Positions 1-10,044 of a stretch of DNA of 24,077 bases are shown piece by piece (within the stretch, counting starts at the first letter, position 1; each line of letters starts with the position of its first letter). The stretch covers positions 1-24,077 of the forward strand of contig NIVC01005164.1 in assembly GCA_002269645.1 (NCBI GenBank), given 5' to 3'. This DNA comes from Macrostomum lignano (Eukaryota). The position numbers were made by a program, and so were the translations under genes. The notes beneath the pieces are model-generated. The model ran no database searches, was not told the DNA's origin, and saw only the letters and a program-made list of their open reading frames with translations.

Positions 1-1
1 G

Positions 2-118
2 AAAGCTGCAAATGACTTTCATTAGGTTGTAGATTTCTCGCTGCCGAACATTAAGCGATTCAACACTGTTTATCGGCATGTCAGCGACCTCTCTTGCGCC
101 AAGTTTTAGGGTCGCTAC
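2..118 (-). pseudogene. Beginning of the Pif1-like helicase region of Rep/Hel (partial), after an in-frame TAA at 119-121
   Basis: The frame of ORF 119..1219 continues past the stop as VATLKLGAREVADMPINSVESLNVRQREIYNLMKVICSF. LNxxQxxIY resembles the motif that precedes Walker A in Helitron helicases. An ATG is present at 79-77. Confidence 0.6.
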
Positions 119-1219
119 TTAAAAACGCCTTTGCTTCTCCAACCGTTGAAACTGGCCGCCACTAGCTGCGCTCCAGTCAAAATTTTCTGGCGGCTTTGGC
201 AATTGATCTTCTGGACAGGCCAATAGATTTCTCTCGCGATGAAGTGCCCCCACTGCAACCATCCAATCTTCTTGCTCTTCGTGCTCATAAGTTGGCTGAG
301 CAGCAGATTGCGCATTTGCGTTGGTCATTTCGGGTAGCTCCGCAACTGCTTCGACTTCTTCGTCAGCTTCGTCGTTGCGCAAATCGTCCAAATTGGGCAG
401 CTGCAGCTCGCATCGATTCTCAGCAGGCATGGCTTCGTACGCTTGCTGCCAGCTTGTGTGCAAACCTTTGGCTTCTCGCTCATTTCGCCAACAACTGTAC
501 AACAAAACCTGCTGCCGATAATAGCCTTCGCGTCTTTCGTCTGATTGCTCATTCGGTCGAAAAAATGGACTGATTAGCAAAACTACTTGTTTCGGCCTTT
601 TTGTGCACCTCCCATTAGGGCTGAGACAGTAGTCGGAAAAGAAACGAAACATTGTTACATTTTCCAAATTCTTTGCACGCTTTGAATACTTGTCGCAACT
701 ATTCCTGCAAACACCCTTTTCCTCCACTGCGCGGGTTTCGCCAGTCTGAACAAAAACAAATTCTCGCGAACCCTTGTACATTGACGTCTGCAATAGCAAA
801 TGCATTGCCTCTTGCGCCGAATAATCACGCGCTCCAACTTGCGCCATCAAGTGTTGTTGTACAACACGCCTTGCAGTGTTGCTACGCTGAAAATTGTTAT
901 CGGCATTCTGTTCTGCATTATCTTCCAACTCCTTATGAAGACGCTTTGTCAGCTCCGCCATATAATCCGACTCCTTTTCGCTTTTTGTCGCATACTTGAT
1001 CAAATAGCGAATCAAATTCTTCACGGACGAAATCATTTGAACATCGACATTGGCTCTCCACATGCACAGCAACTGCGGACTGTGAGAAATCATTCGCTCG
1101 TCGTTGCGCTGCGTCTCAACTTGCCAATTTAAACGGGATACTCGCTTTGCAACAGTCTTTTCCTGCGGCTCGCGCGGATACTTGAATCGGCACTCTTGTT
1201 TGCCTTTTACTGTTCGCAA
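119..1219 (-). pseudogene. Helitron Rep C-terminal half (catalytic YxxxY motif and linker)
   Basis: LRTVKGKQECRFKYP, RNDERMISHSP..WRANVDVQ, YLIKYATKSE and RDYSAQEAMHLL are typical Helitron Rep blocks. It is joined to the upstream ORF by a frameshift near 1215-1222. Confidence 0.85.
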
Positions 1220-4200
1220 GCACTTTTACTGCAAATAGTGTGCCTCTCTGTCAAATGCGAAATTAACTGCAAATCTTGCTTGTCATTTTCAATCTCTTCC
1301 GGTTTCAGTTGAGCTGGATGACCTTGACCTGCTAAACTGCCATTCAAAACTTGATTTCCATAATCCGATTCGTCCATGGCCAAATTCCAACTACAGATGT
1401 ACTTGTCAACAAAGCTCGTCAATTCTTCTGCATTCAATGTATTCGATGTCACATCAACACCATCTGGCATCCAAATGCAACCGTGAACGTGTGGACTTCC
1501 GCGACTCTGATATTCTATGCGAAACCAATAATCGTTTACTTTCCAGTGCTCGACCAAAAAACGTTTCAAACATGTTTCAAATCGCAACCAAAACACAGTG
1601 TCTGCCATTCCGGGATCTTTTTGCAACTTTGACAACATTTCTGCTCTTAGTTCTACATTGCTTTCATATTGCTCTGCATCGATTCCCCAGGCATGCTGCA
1701 ACTCTGGCCAATGTACATCTGCTGCCGATAGTGTCACGAAAAAATGAGGAACACCAAGCGTTCGAATCATGGCTTCCAATTGCCGTCCTTTACTCTGCCA
1801 ATAAGCGCTTGTGCCTCGCAAATCTGATGCTCGAACTGACACGCTAGCCAATACTGCCGGGTCATTTAGTGCTTCAATCATTTCCTTGGCACTTAATCCA
1901 GCATACTTGTTGTCGTGTACAAACACGCGACCAACTTCCAGCGCCCTCCAACGCATCACCATATTTTCAATGTAAAATTTAAACCGCAAATCGGTACGAA
2001 ATCTTGGACACCGGAATTGCATCAAATGCTTTGCATAGTCGCCCAAACTTAGTCCAAAATTACGTGGCGTACTATAATCTCCTGCTCCATCCGGAAAGAG
2101 ATGAGGATAAGCCAATGTAAAATATCCTTCATCCTGAAATTCGTTTACCGGCTCGTTGCTTCTTGCTGGCCATTTCAATTTTTCACTCAAAAATTTGTCT
2201 CGTACTGCCGATTCCAATCGACGCAAAGGAGTCTCCAACAGCGAACTAATTGTTTCCTCGAGCTCGTTCGTCTCGTCCGCATTTTTTTCTACTTGTTGCT
2301 GCAATCGCTCAGCTCTGGCTGAGCCGCCTTCTTGCTGTGCCGCCTCGAAATTCACTTCATTGTCAGACTGCATTTCGACAATCATACCTTCTACTTGATG
2401 AGCATAACCATCTTCAGGCAGATGTAGCAACGCATCATTATTCATTGAAACCTGATACTGTCTAAAGTACTTGTTGTTTGCCATTAAATAGCGCATCGCA
2501 TTAGTCACTTTGTCGCGTCGAACTCGCAAATTGTTCATTGTGCCGCTTTGCGCTTCTCCAGGCTGAACACGGGCTCTTTCGTCGTACATTAAAACAACTG
2601 GCAGAGATCGTCTTGGCAGCTCTCGCAAAACGTGCGACTGATCTTGAGGCAACATGATTCCGTGTCCTCTCGATTTTGTTTGCTTTTGGGGAAAAATTTG
2701 TACCACAACAATAACCGACAAAACTGGCGAAATCAACATTTGCTCTGCTACACTCAAATCTTGCAAATCTTCTGGCTGCTCCAACATCGGAATCGCATTG
2801 TTTTCTTGGCTAAACGATTTCGGCTCATTGTCATCTCTGAAACAACGATCGCACATGTCTTCAGAATCGATGCTAAAATATTTTCCAGGAAACTTTTCCC
2901 TACACACGTAGCACTGTTTCAAATGTGATACTTTTGTTATGTTTTCATTGAAAAAGTCTTGCCTCATCTTTTTGAACTGGTCTGTGAACGGATTGCGAAG
3001 GCACTTTGGCAGATTAGGATCTCCGATTTCATCTTCAACAATTGGAGCATCTTGAGCGCTCTCTTCTGAAGTGCTGCTCTGCGGAACATTTTCTTTAGCT
3101 GGCTGCTGCTCCATTGTAGGCCGCTTTCTGGGTGACGAACGGATCGCTTCATCAGGCTTCTCCTGAGTAGCACGTGTCTTTCGTGGTGATGAATACGTAG
3201 AAGTAGCTGGAATATTATCAGACTGACGTTTATCTTGCTGCTCCTGCTGCAAAGGTGCCGTCTTCCTAGGCGACGATCGAACGGGTTCGCAGATATGATT
3301 TTCTGCGTTTGTCAATCTCTGTTTCCGTGGTAAAGAATTTGCATAGTTGACCACTTGCTGCTGGTTTTTCAAACGCTCGCTGCGACGAGTAGGAGCACTT
3401 GGTACAACGTCGCTCTTCTTTTCTCGACCTCTTCCTTTTTCCAAATGGCAAGAAACGCTTGAAACCGCCGAAACTGAGTCGCCACAACCGATGCAACTGC
3501 AACATGGTGCTCTCCGAGTGCGACTGCTTCTTCTCAATAAGCTCTGACCAGATACACTAGAGGCTGCAACAGACACAGACTCTAATGTGTTTGCTTTAGC
3601 GCTCAGTCGACTACTCCGACGCGTAGCGCAACTTGCCTTCCCAACATCCTTTTTACGCCGACTGCGCCGCGGAACATTTGATGGCACGGACTCTGACACA
3701 CGATCACTTTTAACTGACTCTGACACATGCTCAATTTCAACTGACTCTGCGCTATCCTCCGCGTCAAGATCGACATTCCAATTCCAGACAGAGTTGTTCC
3801 GATCCCGAAGCACTTCATATGAATTCGGATGCGCAAACAAACTCGTATTATTTTCCAAGGACTTTGCTTGATTTCTACAACGTCCCTTCCAATGCCTACT
3901 TTGAACTCGGGTCCAGTCTGCAACCTTTTCAAAAGGCGTCATTGGTGGAGCTGGAGGTGGCATCATTACAACAGGATCTTCGACAACATGAACATTCTCG
4001 TTGAGAGGGGGCATTTCCACATTCTTGGCGCTCAAATCTCCTTGGCCAGTCGGCCGAACTGAGCTTGCTTCATTAACTTCCAAATCATTGACACGAACGA
4101 TTTCGTAGTGTTGACTACCAGGATTAAACAACAATCGAATAGTAGCCAAACGTTCTCCAATATTCGGTCGGGAATAATGGCCAGGCCGCGCTAGATTAAG

Positions 4201-4601
4201 CATGTTTGACTGATAAATAAACACTTCTAGCCGCAACAGTTCACCAATTAGTTCTGGAACTCCGCATGGCACGTACATACGGGGACGCCTTGTATCGTCG
4301 CGCACTTTTTCCCAATTCAGTCCTGTTTGCATAATTCTTTCCTGATTATTGACATCGCGATGCACCCATTGCTCGAATTCTGCAGCAACCGCATCTCGAA
4401 AATCTTCTACGCTTAGCGATTGATAGGCGGAAAAACCTGGCAGTTCTTGTAATTGTCTCAATATGGCCGTGAAAAAACAGTTGCCGTCACCTCGTACATT
4501 CTCAACGCGACACGAAGAAAAAGGAACCCATACAGGTTGGACTTGTACAGCAGCAGTTACATGACCTTCGGCAAAATCCATTGCAGTAGCACCTGTTTCA
4601 T
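1207..4601 (-). CDS. Helitron Rep/Hel protein, main exon: OTU protease domain, basic/Ser-rich linker, Cys cluster, Helitron N-terminal region and HUH Rep motifs 1-2
   Basis: VRGDGNCFF...QHYE (OTU Cys/His at about 4478 and 4107), CYVC..CDRC, NEF..EGYFTLAYPHLFP.G.GD, GTSAYW, FFVTLSAAD and SPHVHG. A splice acceptor ttttacag|AT precedes 4601. Confidence 0.88.
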
Positions 4602-4786
4602 CTGTAAAAGAATACAACTCTTAAACAGTGAGGTATGATAATTTTAAGGAATTGAGCATTAATTGTATTTTGCACAAGTCGTAAACACTAAAATCTAATT
4701 TTCAATATTCGCAAGCAAAGTCAGATGTAAGAAAGAAAATTAACTTGTACTATGCATAGAAATTCAATAAAAAATAAAACTCTCAC
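4602..4786 (-). other. GT-AG intron (185 nt), phase 1
   Basis: Donor GCTG|gtgaga at 4786 and acceptor ttttacag|AT at 4602. The sequence is AT-rich, and splicing keeps the frame (G+AT = Asp). Confidence 0.75.
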
Positions 4787-5158
4787 CAGCACTCAAGTAG
4801 CCTATAAGTTGCTCATTGTAAGCAGCACCAGAATTGGGCACTTCAGCATCACCTTCGACCACGGGGTATTCCGAAGCAGCCAGAGCGTCGGCCAGAGCAG
4901 CATCATGTTCAGCTAGCAGGGCAGCCAGACCAGCCTCGTCCAGCTTAATCACAGACTCAGTTTTAGCAGCAGCATCAGCAGAAGCACCAGCTTTAGTCCC
5001 AGCAGCGGCAATAGAAGAGGCAGCAGCAGCTTCCGGTTGTACATCTGGCTCTTGAATCTGTTCTTCGCCAGCAGTTAAATCACCGACAGCAGCAACTTTA
5101 ATATTATTCTTGGAGCGGCTCCAGTTTTTCTTCTTCGGCCGTCCGCACTTTTTCGCAC
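4787..5158 (-). CDS. Rep/Hel upstream coding exon 2 (372 nt; GRPKK basic motif, then Ala/Glu-rich)
   Basis: Open frame AKKCGRPKKKNWSRSK...YNEQLIGYLSA, flanked by acceptor aaacag|GT and donor G|gtgag. It is a symmetric phase-1 exon of 124 codons. Confidence 0.7.
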
Positions 5159-5199
5159 CTGTTTAAAGTCACAGTAAAAAAGAAATTTATAAATCTACC

Positions 5200-5221
5200 T
5201 ATATATATATATATATATATA
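5200..5221. repeat. (TA)11 microsatellite
   Basis: Direct reading. Confidence 0.95.
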
Positions 5222-5442
5222 TGTCTGTCCATCTATTTCGCTCTAGAGCGTGCCATTCTTGATCAATTTTGATAGCGTTTTTTCTAAACTATTGCAGATT
5301 TTGCACTGATTATACAGTGGTCAAAATTTCTTAAATCTGCTCAAATTCTAAGGGTGTTAAACATTCGAAAATAGAGTTTCTATAATTATTTTAATGATCT
5401 GTCAAACAAGGTCAGATTCCAATTGAATTTATTCCCTTTGTC

Positions 5443-5624
5443 AAACTATTCAGTCGAAACTACTCAGTCGAAACTATTGAGTTCACACTATTCAGTCAAA
5501 ACTACTCAGTCAAGATTATTAAGTCTAAACTATTCAGTTGTAACTATTCAGTTGAAATTATTCTGTCTGTCAAAACTATTCAGGCGAAACTATTCAATCT
5601 AAACTATTGAGTGTGAACTATTGA
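5443..5624 (+). repeat. 14-bp minisatellite, consensus AAACTATTCAGTCG, about 13 diverged copies; about 3 more degenerate units resume at 5704-5740
   Basis: Units aaactattcagtcg, aaactactcagtcg, aaactattgagttc, acactattcagtca and so on can be read directly. Confidence 0.9.
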
Positions 5625-5936
5625 TTTGAGCTGCGTCAGTTAAGAGTTTGAAAAATTCACATTTTTAGACATCTGAAAAACACTTTTTTACAGAATTACC
5701 TGTGAACTATTCAGTGTGAGTTATAGTGTGAACAATTGAGATTTATTGTTTGGTAAATAAATTGTGTAGTGCAGGAACTTTTTAGTTTGTCTGTTGCCCA
5801 AATGGGCAGCCAAGAATGCTAGTAAAAGCTGGTTTCCTAAGGTGTGAATATTAATAATAAAGGTAGGATTGCTTTGAAACTATTCCTGAAAGTAGCACCT
5901 ATCACCTGCAAGTTGCAACAAATGTACAAAACTTAC

Positions 5937-6015
5937 TATTGGCAGCAACAGAAGAAGCACTTGTATCCTTGTTAATGCTAGTGTTGTCCTTGATGCTGTT
6001 TTTGTCGTTGCCCAT
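5937..6015 (-). CDS. Predicted first coding exon of Rep/Hel (MGNDKNSIKDNTSINKDTSASSVAAN)
   Basis: ATG at 6015, 26 codons plus 1 nt, then a consensus gtaagt donor. Its phase 1 matches the acceptor at 5159. Confidence 0.55.
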
Positions 6016-7508
6016 CCTGTCTAAATAAACATGTTAGTAAATATTTCAGAATGATAAAGAAACTAATTAGCTAAACACAGAAAACATGCTACTCTTTACC
6101 AAGTTAACTCAACTCTTTTCTGGTGGCAAATTTAGTTAAACTACGAACACTAGCACTGCTACTGGATTGTGGATTAATATGCTGCAGCATAATATACTGG
6201 CATATAGGCGGTGTGTGCCATGTAGTTTTTGTGCTTTCAACATTTTTTCTTGGATTTAGTGCATATTTTCTAGAGTTTTTTCAGGCATATTCCATGTTTT
6301 TGTACATGCTTCTAGGAATTCTATATCAGCAAAAAAACATCCCTTGGTAAAAATTCACCATAAACTAAGTGTCTAGCACTTTCAAGCATTGCTTGATATA
6401 AGGAGCATTGGCATGTATATATTGTCTAGCAAAAATGCTAAATTTATAATAAATTGAGCAGAATTTATAAAAAGTGTCCACAAACTTCTACCATTAAGCA
6501 GAGTACTACAGATATTTGTACTATGCTAAACATATGAAGAAATAAAAAGAATACTTACTTCAAAACTAAAGTCTTAAGTCAAAATTATGCAAACAAAAGG
6601 AAAATTCAAGTTAAATTTGACTGATAACTACAAAATAAAATGTGAAAGGATGAGTACTTTTAAAAGATATATGTAAATATGACTATAATTTATAAAAATA
6701 TGGAGCAAAAAGCAAAGCAGAGAAAAAAAACGTAAATATTTGGCAGAATACAATTAATTAGCTATAAAATAATATTAAAGTACTATACTTCAGTTATATT
6801 TCAAATAAAATTTGAAGCTTACACTTACAGTGTAAAACTGATAACAATTGAATATATTACAATTAAAACTTGTACTTGTAGAATATAATATATTGTACAA
6901 TAATTATATATAATGTAGTAGGATACGAATAAATAGCGTAACAAAACCGAATATTATAGCTACAGATTGAAGCTTGAAAATATTTCAGATTTAGATAGCG
7001 TTTGCTTAGATAAGTTGCTTTGAAAATTTGGGGTCAAATTTGTCCTACAGCAATAAACTACTGTTAACATAACCGATTTAAATTTAAATTTTTGTAGAAA
7101 TTATAAGGAACAGAACGACTGAAATGTACAGTTTAATTATTTCAAAATTAAATAATTTCGAATTCTATTTTACCTTATTGCTTTCTTCAATTAAATTTTG
7201 TTATACAATTTATAAAATGCCTATTTTCAAAATATACCTCAAAAAGTAAGTTCAACAGCTTTAAAAATGCGCACGTTTTTACACTTCACGGCTCCAAAAA
7301 GTCACCATAGAAGATTTTTGCAGGACGCAAGACTTTTTACGTTACAAAATAGCACTTTTATGTGCATTTTTTATTCAGTTTCAAAAGGCTTTTTAGTTAC
7401 CTATTTGGTATTTTTTGTTTTAAAGATTTTTGCGAAATCAGGTCATTTTAACTTGTTACGAAACTGTGGACCCACACTTTTACGCAACGCAATGCGCATG
7501 ATGTCATC

Positions 7509-8563
7509 TTAAAGCACTTGCTAAATGCTATTTATTGACACTACACTGAAGGCCTGGCGTAGGATAGTTAATAAATGGCAGCGTGAAATATAGCAAAAAA
7601 ACGCATAGTACCGGAACCTCGTAATTCGGTAAAATGTTAATAGCGTCAAAATACGAATTTTCGCACACTAACGAAGATGGCAGTCATCTGTACGTGTTTA
7701 CTGGGCACAATAGTGCTCTTGGAAGCTAAGAACCTCATAGCGAAAATTAATATATTTTCCGCCCTATGTAGTGCTCAAATGGGTTGTTTTTGCACAAAAT
7801 CACGTTTTTCGATTTTGAGAGTCAATTAAAAATTTTTTTTGCAACTGACAGACGTGAATGTCACTTTTTCTGAGAGTATTCATCTAGATGTTTCTAATAA
7901 GTACTAATATGGGTCATTCTTATGCTTCACCTATCCTTAGTATAGGTACAAAGTCATTATTTCATTTCCAGCAAGTCACGTGACCTGGCCTGAGGTGTAC
8001 AACGCATCGTGCAATGCCAGCGAACATACACTCAAATTAAAGCACTTTTTAAATGCTAACTATTGACACCACACTGAAGGCCTGGCGTAGCATCGTTAAT
8101 AAATGGCAGCGTGAAATATAGCAAAAAAACGCATAACACCGGAACCTCGTAATTCGGTAAATGTTATTAGCGTAAAAATACGAATTTTCGCACACTAACG
8201 AAGATAGCAGTCATCTGTACGTGTTTACTGGGCACAATAGTGCTCTTGGAAGCTAAGAACCTCATAGCGAAAATCAATAAATTTTTCACCCTATGTGTGC
8301 TCATATAGGTTGTTTTTGCACAAAATCACGTTTTTCGATTTTAAAAGTCAATTATAACAAAATTTTGCAACTGACAGACGTGAATATCATTTTTTCTGAC
8401 AGTAGTCATCTAGGTGTTTCTAATAAGTACAAATTTTGGTTCATTCTTACGCTTCACCTATCCTTAGTATAGGTACAAAGTCATTATTTCATTTCCAGCA
8501 AGTCACGTGACCTGACCTGAGGTGTACAACGCATCGTGCAATGACAGCGAACATACATTCAAA
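7509..8563 (+). repeat. Tandem dimer of a ~528-bp unit (7509-8036 and 8037-8563), roughly 90% identical by eye
   Basis: Both copies begin TTAAAGCAC and share long blocks such as cactgaaggcctggcgtag, gaagctaagaacctcatagcgaaaat and caagtcacgtgacctg. A third TTAAAGTAC start follows at 8564. Confidence 0.92.
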
Positions 8564-9121
8564 TTAAAGTACATCTAAAATGTAGTTCAATGACACCAAG
8601 CGCGTCGCGCTCCGGTAATCCGCTCAAAAGTTACAGGCTAAAAAGTATGTTCGATATGCAAGCCCCCGTACCGTCGTTAAAGTACATTTCTGTACCGGCA
8701 GCGACTTCAATAAACTAAGACGAAATTTCAAAATATACATATTGTGCGCAATTTAGTTGTGCACCTTGCCTAAAAAGTCTGATTTTCCTAGCATGTCGTC
8801 GTTTCTTATTTTTTGTACATTTGTATCATGAAAAATACATAAAAATAGCCTAAATCACGTTTATCGACTTTAGCAGTGTATGGCTCAGAGTCAGTGCAAC
8901 GAAACGGCTCAAAATGTATTATAAACATGTAGATCTTACCTAAATGACCGCATTCATGTACTTTTTAGAGTCTCGCAACAAGGTTGAATTTCCTTTATTT
9001 CGGTTCGAATACCTACCCGTCGAATATTCGAATGTAATTAACAGGTGCGAATGTACAGTTAAAGTGAGTATCTTGGTTAAAGTCGTGCGTCATGTAAGAG
9101 TCCCAGGTGCCATTGTTAGAA

Positions 9122-9169
9122 TGACGCAGCTCAAAGGTCGCGCTGACGCGCGACCTTTGAGCTGCGTCA
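9122..9169. repeat. Perfect 22-bp inverted repeat with a 4-nt loop
   Basis: tgacgcagctcaaaggtcgcgc-TGAC-gcgcgacctttgagctgcgtca. Confidence 0.95.
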
Positions 9170-9582
9170 GTTGAAAGTTGATAAAAATGCGCATTTTTTG
9201 ACACTTAAAAAACACACTTTTACAGAATTACCTATCAAGGTAAGCATTTAGCGGAAAATAACCAATCAGTGTCTTGAAGGTCTGAAAATTCGCCAAAAGT
9301 TGGGTTCAATCAATTTTTGACTCCATATTGTGAATCCTTATTTTTTGAGATTCAAGATTTGGACGGGTCTAAAAAAAGTCACTTTTTTGTTGCCATGGCA
9401 ACCAAGACGCGTTGCTATGGAACTTTCACGTCACACATCTTGTAGCCCTAAATGTTTTACGTCCATAGAGGGGTCACACATGGTTTCATCTCAAGTGGTT
9501 TTAACTCTGCATCAATTTTATTTTCTAAAACGTTGATTTTACGTTGGGGGAGTCTCCGGGACATCTTATCTCGGTCTCGTTT

Positions 9583-9655
9583 GTCCGAAAAAATTGCCAA
9601 CGAGGAGCTACGCTCGCTTCGCTCGCTTCGCTCCTCGTTGGCAATTTTTCCGGAC
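9583..9655. repeat. 26-bp inverted repeat (25/26 match) with a 21-nt loop carrying (GCTCGCTTC)x2; candidate terminal stem-loop of a rolling-circle-type element
   Basis: gtccgaaaaaattgccaacgaggagc ... gctcctcgttggcaatttttccggac. The repeat is certain; the functional assignment is inference. Confidence 0.8.
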
Positions 9656-9772
9656 TGCACTTCGACCTAATTACAGCCAGTGGCCTCTATAACGGTAAAG
9701 TAATTATTACCTGAGCATGGCTGGATGTTCATATACGATATGATAAGGAGAGGGCATGCATGTACAAATTAC

Positions 9773-9780
9773 TATATAAG
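9773..9780 (+). promoter_or_regulatory. Candidate TATA box (TATATAAG) of the 13169 gene in the pre-insertion allele
   Basis: Consensus-like TATAWAWR. Removing the Chapaev element places it about 110 nt upstream of ATG 13169. Confidence 0.4.
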
Positions 9781-9803
9781 CAGCCACGCAAGTACAAATA
9801 AAC

Positions 9804-10044
9804 CACAGCACCCATGGAACATCTTTTAGGGAGAAAAAAAGTACGAAGCAATCCATTCAACTTTTCTTGTTCCATAGACACCTGTAGATGAAAAAAATGA
9901 AAAACAGAAAAAAATTTGCGATAGCTTCATGTTTTATTGCACTTTTTGAATTTTCATGTACTTTTAATTGGCAAAACAGGAAGACATTCCATAAAAACTG
10001 CCATTTCAGCTTACAGGTCATTAGCGAAATAAATTCAGCTACCT
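9804..10044 (+). repeat. Left terminal inverted repeat (241 bp)
   Basis: Reverse complement of 12845-13085, with about 5 mismatches that cluster at the inner end. Confidence 0.95.

Larger units (their letters stand above)
5194..5822 (+). mobile_element. Non-autonomous Helitron (629 bp)
   Basis: Inserted between A (5193) and T (5823). It starts TC, followed by (TA)11 and gtctgtcc. It ends with a short hairpin GTTGCCCA-AA-TGGGCAGC (5793-5810), an 8-nt spacer and CTAG (5819-5822). It contains an internal minisatellite. Confidence 0.65.
5159..5936 (-). other. GT-AG intron 1 (phase 1), containing a nested non-autonomous Helitron
   Basis: Donor AATA|gtaagt at 5936 and acceptor tttaaacag at 5159. 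Confidence 0.6.
1..6015 (-). mobile_element. Helitron-family (Helitron/Helentron-like) rolling-circle transposon, coding part; true termini not identified, continues off the left edge
   Basis: HUH Rep motifs FFVTLSAAD, EYQSRGSPHVHGCIW (HVH at 1483-1491) and YLIKYATK (992-1006). N-terminal OTU domain. The start of a Pif1-like helicase segment (SLNVRQREIYNL) is at the left edge. Confidence 0.9.

Noticed and set aside
6123-6350. 75-aa hydrophobic ORF
   Set aside because: Non-ATG start, AT-rich low-information sequence, no motif, and antisense to the likely Helitron 5' region.
7509-8567. TTAA-targeting MITE (piggyBac/Kolobok-like) reading of the tandem units
   Set aside because: The units start with TTAAAG but have no terminal inverted repeat at the other end.
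9330-9670. Short ORFs across the hairpin region (for example 9457..9660, ERSERSERS)
   Set aside because: They arise from the palindrome and loop repeats and show no coding signature.
6016-9800. Maverick left TIR or Helitron 5' terminus
   Set aside because: I could not identify an AG-repeat Maverick end with a 6-bp TSD or a defensible Helitron terminus, and the partner ends lie outside the window.
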